Assembly (NCBI GenBank): GCA_965649825.1
Contig: OZ287708.1
Coordinates: 734,880 to 759,371, forward strand
Origin: Penicillus capitatus
Lineage: Eukaryota; Plantae; Chlorophyta
Direction: 5' to 3'
Length of the DNA: 24,492 bases
Both the position numbers and the translations under genes were made by a program. This document shows, piece after piece, positions 1 to 9,115 of the stretch (position 1 is the stretch's first letter; each line of letters starts with the position of its first letter). A model generated the notes under the pieces. That model did no database searches and was not told the DNA's origin. It saw only the letters and a program-made list of their open reading frames with translations.

Positions 1-639
1 ACTCACTCATCAGGCGGCAGAATGAGCTTAAGCCCAGTACCGCAAGGTGCACTGCGCAGACAGTTCGAAGAGGAGATCGTTCGTCTGGCGCACCTCTCTT
101 TAGAGCACGTCGCCTGCTGTAGACGACAAGCAACGACCCTCTGTTTTGCGACGGGCGATCGTTCTGTCGGCCGTTCTAAGTGACACCCTGCCGTTTCGAA
201 TCGACTGGCAAGCTGAAGGGGCGACCTACAGCCGCTCAAGAGTTCGGCACACCGCCGGGGCCCTTGTCTCTCGCTCCCCCGGAACAACTTCGTCGACGCA
301 GCCACCACTAATCTGTTCTCATCACCAGCACACCTGCGGAATCTCAGGCGCTGCGAGGACACCCGTCACTGGAGTGCTTGCCTCTCGACAGAAGCGCAAC
401 ACCGTAGTGTTACATACAGGGGCAGCAGCGCGACTCACGAGATCCTCGCCAGATGTCCATCCACGGTCCTGCGGCACGACGCGCTTGCTGCGCTTCGGAA
501 CCTGAGTCGACGGCGTCTGCTCCAGTAGTCGCCGTGTTCGTCTGTCAGCAAAGGCAACTGCAGCGAAGAGATCAGTGAATGCCAGAAATCTTCGGCCAAG
601 CAAATAGCGACGAGCTTGACGATGGCATGCGTTCTGCAG

Positions 640-896
640 AACCGACTACAATATTCGAAAAGGGTCGAGGATATAGCGATCGGTCGTCGAATAGTAACCC
701 GCACGCGATGAATGTAATAGAAACAGATTTCAACTGTTGACAGCGCATGTAGAAAGGTCATTCTTTACTTTAAAAAAGTGCGATGTCGAGCGAAACATTG
801 ATAGAACGGTAGTACGCGAAGGATAAGATGCACCTCGCAACAAAGCCAGCAGAGAAAGGGTAAGAAATTGCAACTTCACGAATAGAGAACTTGCGG
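640..896. other. Conserved, comparatively A/T-rich non-repetitive block abutting array A (leader-like)
   Basis: Alignable by eye to ~12580-12835 (e.g. AAAAAAGTGCGATGTCGAGCGAAACATTG vs AAAAAGCGAGATGTCAAGCGAAACGTTG). Ends in a 17-nt identical junction immediately before the first array unit. No reading frame is shared between the copies. Confidence 0.75.
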
Positions 897-3800
897 TCGG
901 CGACTTCGGTCTCCAATGATCGTCAACGCGGCAAGTAGACGACCGCCGCCTTGCATCCACGGCAAGGCGGCAAATAGACGACAGCCCCCTCGTATCCTCG
1001 ACGAGGTGCAGGTAAGTCAGCTGCAGCGTCCAGGCAGTAGGACGACATGTAAGGCGACCGCCGCCTCACATCCACAGCGAGGCGACAAGTAGACGACAGC
1101 CGCTTCCAATGAACTCCAGGCCGATAGATAAGACCACTTCGGCCTCCGGGCTTTAAGGTCGTAGGCTGTGCGACAGCCGCCTCGCATCCACGACGAAGCG
1201 GCAAGTAAGACGACTTCGGCTTCAATGCAGCAAATAAGACGAGAGCCGCCTCGCATCCAAGGCAAGGCGACAGGTAGATCGACTTCGGCCTCCGGTCTTC
1301 AATGTCGCAGGCAGTGCGACAGCAGTCTCGCATCCACGGCAAGGCGGCAAGTAGACGATAGCCGCCTCGTATCCTCGACGAGGCGGCGAGTAAGATGACT
1401 TCGGCCTCTGATCAACTCCAGGCCGACAGGTAAGAAGACCGCCGCCTTGCATCGACGGCAAGGCGGCGAGTAAGACGACTGCAGCGTTCAAGCAGCAGAG
1501 CAGCAGGTAAGACGAGAGCCGCCTCGCATTCATGACGAGGCAGCAAGTAGGTCCACTGCGGCCTTCAGTGATCTCTAGGTCAAGGCAGCAAGTAAAACGA
1601 CTTCGGCATCCGGGCTTCAACGTCGCAGGAAGTGCGACAGCCGCCTCGCATCTACGGCGAGGCGGCAGGTAGGTCGACTGCGGCATTCAGGCTGTAGAGC
1701 AGCAGGTAAGGCGGCCGCCGCCTTGCATCCACGGCAAGGCAGCAAGTAGACGACTGCCGCCTCCAATGAACTCCAGGTAATGACGGCAAGTTTGCCGACA
1801 GCCGCCTCGCATACATGACGAGGCAGCAGGTAGGACGACTTTGGTCTCCGGGCTTGAACGTCGCAGGAAGTGCGACGGCCGCCTCGTATCTACGGCGAGG
1901 CAGCAGGTAAGATGACTTCGGCATCCAAGTCGCAGGTAAGGCGACAGCCGCCTCGCATCCACGGCGAGGCGGCAAGTTTGCCGATATCCGCCATGCATCC
2001 ACGGCAAGCGGCGAGTAAGACGACAGCGACATCCAGGTCGCAGGTGGGACGACAGCGGCCTCCTGTTGTTTCCACGGAGGCAGGTCTCGCGAATGCCGCC
2101 TCGCATCCACGGGCGAGGCAGCAAATAGGCGACTGTCGCCTCCAATGATCTCAGCGGCGAGGCGGCAGGTAAAACGACAGCCGCCCCGAATACACGGCAA
2201 GGCGGCAGATGTGATGAGTTCGTCTCCGAGCATCCAGGTCGCCGGGATGGCGACAGCCGCCTCGCATCCACGGCGAGGCGGCAAGTTAGACGACATCCGC
2301 CTCCAGTTGTCTTGAGGAGGCAGGCATGACGACCGCAGCATCCGGGCATCGAGGCAGAAGGTATGACGAATGCCGCCTCGCTTCTACGGCGAAGCGGCAA
2401 GCATGTCCACTGCCGCCTCCAATGATCGTCAATGCGGCAGGTACAACGACTTCGGTCTCCGGGCTTCCAGGTCGCAGGAAGGCAACAGCCGCCGTGCATC
2501 CACGGCGAGACAGCAAGTTGCTCGACTTCTTCCGCAGATCAACTCCAGGCCGACAGGTAAGGAGACCGCCGCCTTGCATCGACGGCAAGGCGGCAAGTAG
2601 ACGACTGCCGCCTCACATCCTCAACGAGGCGGCAGGTAGGTCGACTGCGGCCTCCAGGCAGTAGAGCAGCAGGTAAGGAAGCCGCCGCCTCGCATTCACA
2701 ACAAGGCAGCTAGTTGGTCCACTGCGGGCTTCAATGAACTCCGGGCCGATAGATAAGGCGACTTCTTCTTCCGGGCTTCATTGTCGCAGGTAGTGCGACA
2801 GCCGCCTCGCGTCCACGGCGAGGCGGCAAGTAGGTCCACTGCAGCCTCCAGTTGTCTTCAATGAGGCAAGTATAGCGTCAGCCGCCTCGCATTCACAGCA
2901 AGGCAGCTAGTTGGTCCACTGCGGCATTCGGTGATCTCCAGGTCAAAGCGGCAAGTTTGCCGACAGCCGCATCGTATCCTGGACGAGGCAGCAGGTAAGA
3001 AGTCTTCGGCCTCCGGTCTTCAAGGTCGCAGGCTGTGCGACAGCCGCCTCGCAGCTATGGCGAGACAGCAGGTAAGACCACTTCGCCCTCCGGTCATCCA
3101 GGTCACAGGCAAGACGACCGCCGCCTCGCATCCACGGCAAGGCGGCAGGTAGATCGACTGCGGCATCTAGGCTGTAGAGCAGCAGGAAGACGACTCCGAC
3201 CTCAGATCAACTCCAGCTCGCAGGTTTGCCGACAGCTGCCTCGCATCCACAGCGAGGCAGCACTTAAGTCGACAGAGTCCTCCAGTAGTCTTTAGGACGA
3301 CAGGTAAGGCGACTGCCGCATTGCATCCACAGCGAGGCGGCAGGTAGATCGACTTCGGCCTCCTGTCTTCAATGTGGCAGGTAGGTCGACAGACTCCTCA
3401 AGGAGTCTTCAGGACGACAGGTAAGGCGACCGCCACCTCGCATCTCCGGCGAGGTGGCATTTAGGTCGACAGAGTCCACCAGTTCGCAGGTTTGCCGAAA
3501 GCCGCCTCGCATCCACGGCGAGACGGCGAGTAAGACGACTCCGACGTCTAGGCTTCCAGGTCAAGGCGGCAAGTAGGCGACTGCCGTCTCCAATGATCGT
3601 CAACGCAGCAGGTAAGGCGACAGCCGCCTCGCATCCACGACGAGGCAGCGGGTATGACGACTACGGCATCCAGGTCGCAGCCTATGCGACAGCCGCCTCG
3701 CATCCAAGGCAAGGCGGCAAGTTGACGACAGCCGCCTCGTATTCTCGACGAGGCAACAGGTAAGACGACTTCGGCTTTTGTTCTTAGAAGTCGCAGGTTG

Positions 3801-4384
3801 TGCGACAGCCGCCTCGCATCCACGGCGAGGCGGCAGGTATGACGACTTCGGTCTCCGGGCTTCCCAGGTCGCAGGTAGGTCGACCGCCGCCTCGTATCCA
3901 CGGCAAGGCGGCAAGTAGGACGACTGCGGCCTTCGGTGATCTCCAGCCAAGGCGGCAAGTAGGACGACTGCGGCCTTCGGTGATCTCCAGCCAAGGCGGC
4001 AAGTAGGTCGACTGCGCCATCCAGGAAGTAGATCAGCAAGTAGGTTGACAGCCGCCTCGCATCCACGGCGAGGCGGCAAGTAGGTTGACTGCTGCCTCAC
4101 ATTCACGACGTGGCGGCAGGTAAAACGACTTCGGCATCCGTGTCGCAGATAGTGCGACAGCCGCCTCGCATATCCGGCGAGGCGGGGCGTAAGACGACTG
4201 CTGCATCCAGGCAGTAGAGCAGCAGGTAAGGCGACCGCCGCCTCGCATCTATGGCGAGGCAGCAGGTAAGACCACTTCGCCCTCCGGTCATCCAGGTCGC
4301 AGGTTAGGCGACCGCCGCCTCGCATCCACGGCGAGGCGGCAGGTAAGTCTATAGACGCCTCCAGTAATCTCCAAGAAGTCGGCA
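897..4384. repeat. Mosaic tandem array A: core GCARGTARRNCGAC plus variable module, with roughly 40 hairpin units GCCGCCTCGC-ATCCACG-GCGAGGCGGC
   Basis: Read directly from the sequence. 10-bp inverted repeats with a 7-nt loop (e.g. 945-971, 1361-1387) are separated by recurring modules such as TTCGGCCTCCGGGCTTCAAGGTC, TGCGGCCTCCAGGCAGTAGAGCA, TCCAATGATCGTCAA and AGATCAACTCCAGGCCGA. Unit count is by eye. Confidence 0.95.
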
Positions 4385-5100
4385 GGTGGAAAGAGCTGCA
4401 GCCTCTAGTCAGTAGACGACAGGTAGATAGACTAGGCAGCCTCCAGTCAGCATACGGCAGGTGGAAAGAACTGCAGCTTCCAGTCAGTACGGCAGCATGT
4501 AGAGAAACTCGGCAGCTTTCGATGAGCAGACGGCATGTTAGGATACTCCAGTCTTGAGGCGGTAAGACAAGCAGGTAGGACACGGCAGCTCCGCACAGGA
4601 AGATCGACGGGTGGCATCCTCTGGACAGCAGAAAGCAGGTAAGACACGGCAGCTTCAAGCAGCAAGCCAACAGGCGGGATCCTCCGGGCAGCAATACAGT
4701 GAGTCGGACACTCCAGACTCTGTGCATCAAAACGCCAAATAGGACGTGGTAGCTCCAGGCAGCAGGTAAACAGACAGTCCAGCCTCCGGGCACCAAAAAT
4801 GTCAAGTCGAACGACGCCAGCAGCCATCCCAGGTAAAACAGAGAGTGCGTGGGACAGTCCAGCCTCCGGGCAGTAAAACGACAGATCAGGACCAAAACAC
4901 CTCAGTACATCAAAACAGAAAATAATACGACCACAGGCCTCTCCACACAGGAAACACCAATCAGGGAAACGGCAGATCTCATATATGGCAAGGCAGCAGG
5001 TAAGACAGCAGCATCCAGTCAGCAAGGCAGCAGGTAAGACACAACGGCTTCTGGACAGCAAAACGAGAAATCGGGCATTCCAGATCGGAAACTCGAGCCG
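4385..5100. repeat. Degenerate gene-proximal sub-array A (units like CAGCCTCCGGGCAGCAGGTAAGACAC, no hairpin)
   Basis: Recurring CAGCCTCCGGGCA / CAGCTCCAGGCA / CAGGTAAGACAC motifs. Shares the CAGGTAAGAC core with the main array and shares longer words with 15690-16690 (e.g. GGATCCTCCGGGCAGCAATACAGTGAGTCGGACACTC). Confidence 0.85.
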
Positions 5101-5169
5101 CTACGTAAGAAAAGCTAACACACAGCCATCCACAACAGAGCGAAGGTGGAATGGCGGAAACATCAAGAA

Positions 5170-5252
5170 AAGAAAACAGCCCTAGATCTTTTTGTATTTT
5201 TAATTTTGCAGTCGGAAAGAAAACAGCACCATGAACGAGAAGAAAGATGCCC
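5170..5252 (-). terminator. Possible 3' end / polyadenylation region of orphan gene A
   Basis: The minus strand downstream of the stop is U-rich, then carries an A-rich tract with ATTAAA (plus-strand TTTAAT at 5199-5204). Copy B has an equivalent A-rich tract. Inference only. Confidence 0.35.
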
Positions 5253-6448
5253 TTAGGCAGACCAATCTTCAACATAAACCTACACCACAAGCACATTAGC
5301 AGAGAGAAGGATACAAAAAGTGACTTACACATTGGCCCGATAAAAAGAAAAGCCGCTCTGGAATTGCGGGGCCCACGGGCACACACTGGCCGGAGAGAAA
5401 AAACGGCCGGGGAGGGATGCCAAGGGGACCTACTGAGAAGATGAAGGGGCGTAGGGGGATTGGAGGTGGAGACGAGCGAAGGGAAAAGACAGAAGTGCGC
5501 ACAGGAAAGGGGGGCGGGAAGAAAGGAAAGGAAAACTTAAACAACCGTGAAGGGATGGTAGGAGGAGGGGAGGCTGGTATACAGAAGACTTGCGGGCGAA
5601 CGGGGAAGAGTGGTGGCCTGGTTGGCTGGGTGGTGGGAGGAGACATCGTCGCGGTTGGCTGCGGGGAGGAACATGACGACCACTCCATGTCGGCTGAACA
5701 GGGCAGCTGAGATGATGCCGGAGAAGGCGCGGCAGGTTGGGCATGAGGTGGACCGGCTGGCGGCGCAGGCGACCACGCCATGGGCGGCGGCGAGCTCGTC
5801 TGGGTTGCTGCTGGCTGTGGTGGGGACGACTGGCCCGGAGGAGGATCGGCTGAAGCTTCGGCTTGCGGCGGCGGCGGCAATGATGTCTGCGGCTGGGAAG
5901 TTGCAGACGGCGGTGCGGGGCGCGCCGGAGGCGGCGGAGCAGCAGGCTGGCCCTGTTGGGCCAACCGCGCTCTCCTGTCCTCGGAGGACAGGACCCTCGC
6001 CCGCCGCACGGGCCGAGCCTGAGCGGTTTGGTCCCTATTGGGACCAAACCGGACAGGAGGGGTCTGCTCATCGAGCACCTGTTGACCCCTGAGAGCGGTC
6101 GTCTGGGTCTTGAGGTCCCAGAACAACCGCTCTCTCTCGGCCTCGGCCATCCCCTCGAAGGCCCTGGGCGGTCTGTTGCCCAGGACCTCCGCCAGTGTCA
6201 CCTGAGCAAACCTACAAGACACACAGAGGTGAGAGACCTGTCGACGAACAGGTCAACCGCGCGGTCTCGCAAGCAAGTGACCGCATGCGTTCGGACTGCG
6301 TGCTGGACGCATGCATGCCCACAGCAAGCGTCCACCGCCGCAGTCGAGGAGCTCCGAGGCGCGCGACTCGTCGAAGCGTGGGGCAGAGGACTTACGGCTT
6401 GCCAGGATAGCCGTAGTCATCTTCGGTGCTCATTCTGGCGTCGGCCAT
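5253..6448 (-). CDS. Three-exon orphan gene, copy A, 320 aa: MADARMSTEDDYGYPGKP|FAQVTLAEVLGNRPPRAFEG...Pro-rich linker...IPERLFFLSGQC|VYVEDWSA*
   Basis: Exons 6448-6396 (53 nt), 6211-5329 (883 nt) and 5279-5253 (27 nt) sum to 963 nt, in frame. Intron 1 is 6395-6212 (184 nt; GTAAGT...CTCAC...TCTTGTAG). Intron 2 is 5328-5280 (49 nt; GTAAGT...CTAAT...GTGTAG). The same structure occurs in copy B, with mostly synonymous differences. No recognisable family. Confidence 0.88.
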
Positions 6449-6533
6449 CGTCTTGAAAGTCGGTCGCCAAGGAAAGCAGCAAAGGTCGCAGAAGGCAGAA
6501 GCAGAACTCGGAAACTCGAGTGCTGAAGGCTCA

Positions 6534-6573
6534 GCGACAGGACCTTTATAGGCCGCCTCGGTTGCCGAGCGCG
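6534..6573 (-). promoter_or_regulatory. TATA-containing core promoter of orphan gene A
   Basis: Minus-strand TATAAAGG (TATAAA at 6550-6545), about 100 nt upstream of the ATG, lies within a 40-nt stretch identical in copy B while the flanks differ. Confidence 0.75.
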
Positions 6574-6770
6574 ACCTGCTGGTGGCGGCTGCTAACTGTC
6601 GCCGTTTGGCGGCACCTGCATCCGCCGACGGACAAGGGAATCGTCGCCAGACGTCCAGAAACGCAGAATTCTTTGACCGGAGTACGCGCCGCGAACGGGA
6701 GAGCGCTTCTGGATACTTTGCTAGGAGTTTTACAGGGGAAGCTCTTTACAGTTTGTCGCCATTCTACTCA

Positions 6771-7200
6771 CTGAGTGTAACGCGCATGCGTTCTCTGCGG
6801 CCTCTCCGACGCGATTCTCCGAACGGCGAACCGTCCGAAGTCAGCTCCGCGTTGCCCGGGCAGAGGAACGAGGCGGACGTTCTCGTTGGCAGGATCGGCA
6901 CGGACTCTACGTCGAGACGGCTGTCTATTGCGGGCGTCTCCGTCGCAAACGCCGTCGAGGGGACGTTCTGCGCGGTGTAACGCGAGTCGGTTTGAGGAGT
7001 TGCCGTTGGCCCTAACTCCCTCGAACATGGAAGGCGGAACAGAACGGCCGGCCATCTGCGACAACCAGACGGCCGCGGAGACGCCGTTTCAGTTCCCGTT
7101 CGCGCACAGCGTCGAGGGAGTGTCTTTGAAGACGCCGGTCGCTCCGATCAATAAAGTCTGTCGCGTTTTGCGTCTGCTGTGCAGGACTGTCGTTCTGTCT
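6771..7200. other. Highly conserved upstream block A, function unknown
   Basis: Ungapped and roughly 90% identical by eye to 18302-18640, then decaying. GTGTAACGC occurs twice exactly 200 nt apart in both copies. A short minus-strand ORF (6768-7064) is shared, with a mixed synonymous/non-synonymous signal. Confidence 0.7.
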
Positions 7201-9115
7201 GCGAAGCTATCCAGTAGGACTGTTCTCGAGTACAACCTGTGTATAGGCGCTGTTGAACGCGGCCGAGGCTAGTTGCCATCCAGTGCCATCGCCTTCTTTC
7301 TTTCCGGCGTATTCCACAGTGCAGAGTGCGCCAAAGAGGCAGGGTGTCATTGAAGGGGTGGTATGCTGCTGCATCCTCATTGGAATCCTCCGTGCCGTTC
7401 CATTCTAGTGTCTGGCGGGTTCTGAGGTTGTGAGGGCTGTGACGGAGATCGTCTGTCTTCTGTTCGGAGAGCAGTTGTCGGAATTCTCTGCAGAGGAAGA
7501 CGAACAAGTGCCGCCGATTGCTCTGAGTGCGTGGGGCGTTCTAGGACGATGTTGTCATTGATGGCGATTCTACTGTAGGGTAAATGCTCTGTGGAATGCA
7601 CGAACGACAGACACTGTAGAAACGCCTGCTCTTGGCTCCGCCATTTGGACTGGTGATTCGGCACTTCTCACAGAACACCGAGATGCATGTCAACGTCGAC
7701 GCGTTGGATCGAATCCGAAGGATGCATTCGCGCGACAAAGCGTCCTCAAGAACGGTGCGAGAGAACACACATTGACTGATGCGTCTGCAGACGGTAAAAC
7801 GATTTCGGATGCGAATGTCTGTTCGCGATGAATGGGCGCGCCAACAGAATGCGACTGTCCACTCCTCGTTGTTTTGGTCGGCAATTCAACAGGAGACAAA
7901 AGGGGACGACACCAGTCGTGGATTCAGTCCCCACCCCACCGACGCATCCACGCGAGCTCAGTGCTCAGAGGACTGATGTATGTGGATTCGATGCGCGAAT
8001 GCGTCTCGCGTATTCTGCGTTGCCACCACAGTGCGTCATTCTAGACTGCGGCAGTTGCCCTACCGTCGGTTTCATCGACTTCCTCGCTACTTTCACTGAT
8101 CTCTCAACACATCCATCCACGGAATGCGCTGTTCGCTTGAACATTTTATGCTTTACAGTCGTGTTCTTCAGTTTAAGTCCTAGTCGTTCTTGCCGTCTAT
8201 CATCTGTGCTTGCTGTTCAGAAAGCAGTATCCTGTCCAGAGAAAAGATCTAAATCTATCATTGTGCAACAGATGGTCGACGAAGAAGGTGATCTCTCTCT
8301 TCGCCGAACAACAGATTGTACTCTTTACGACGCGACAGCAAGATGCCTGAGTTGCGTCACATTCCTAGCTCAGGACAGATCGCTCATGGGCGTGACTAGG
8401 TGCCGTTTTATTGAGGTATCGATCGATCACTGGGCGGAGCATGAGGAAAGAACGAGCTCTGAACACGGGACGTGCGTCACCGGCCATCGCCACAGTTATG
8501 CTCTTGGCGAGAAATGCTTCATTCTCGATCCTTGTCTTCGAGCATTTTGAAGAGATTCATCAGGCGTTGCATTACGGTCGGCGCCAGCGTCACGGACTTC
8601 TTCCGAGCGGCGGCATCTCTCCGTGACGCCCCCGGCACCAGCCACCCTGTGCTTCTTGCCTTTCAGTGCTGCCGCTGCGGTCTTACGTTCTGCAGGCGTA
8701 TCAGGTCGACGAAGTGGCAACACCTCCTGCGCTGGAAGCATGACGATTGCCCAGAGAATCAGAAGCCATGCTCACGCGAAGGACACACGATTACACGTCC
8801 GCGCCAACATCCGCCACTCTCATGCTCGTCTGCATCAGACCATCAGCAATCTTCCTGTGAGAGGCAACGAGAAGCCTTCGGTACACCGCACGCGTTGAGT
8901 TCTCACCCTTCACCTGACCGAGTGTGTGGCTGCAGCTGGTCGTGAATCACTTTAAGCAGAGACGCCACCTGGTGTGGCAATGACTGGAATGAGGGAGGTG
9001 GTTGAATGGCTGTCGTGGTGCAGATGACGGAGTATGTCGATACCATGGGAAAGCAAAAAATCACTGTCAGGAAATCGACGGACTCGCTTTTCCTGCAGCA
9101 ATTCTACCAATCGAA

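Larger units (their letters stand above)
600..7200. repeat. Copy A of a ~6.6 kb duplicated module (leader block + hairpin array + degenerate array + spliced orphan gene + promoter + upstream block)
   Basis: Collinear similarity to 12540-18730 in the same orientation, e.g. GAATAGAGAACTTGCGG at 880-896 and 12819-12835, 176 identical nt at 6023-6198 and 17591-17766, 40 identical nt at 6534-6573 and 18064-18103. Similarity fades gradually at both ends, so the boundaries are approximate. Confidence 0.9.

Noticed and set aside
897-4384. Bacterial REP/BIME (GTAG-family), Helitron 3' hairpin or hammerhead/retrozyme identity for the units
   Set aside because: Only a superficial GTAG-plus-palindrome likeness. 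There is no HUH/RAYT or Rep-helicase ORF, no CTRR terminus after the hairpins and no CTGANGA...GAAA core in the units.
923-4895. Many long minus-strand ORFs across array A (and 13086-16617 in array B), up to 431 aa
   Set aside because: The minus strand of the unit simply lacks stop codons. All three frames are open in overlapping patches, frames shift with unit length, and no frame is conserved between copies.
5296-6222. ORF-track proteins 5296-6222 and 16879-17790 as single-exon genes
   Set aside because: They start at a GTG inside the intron 1 acceptor region and end inside intron 2. The spliced model explains the conserved GTAAGT and TAG sites and the synonymous pattern better.
5417-6456. 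Plus-strand ORFs overlapping the orphan gene (also 17000-18081)
   Set aside because: These are antisense shadows of a GC-rich Pro-rich CDS; the differences between copies are synonymous in the minus frame.
6582-6980. Divergent plus-strand gene upstream of the TATA box
   Set aside because: The corresponding copy B sequence shifts frame relative to copy A near 18290-18300, and non-synonymous changes predominate.
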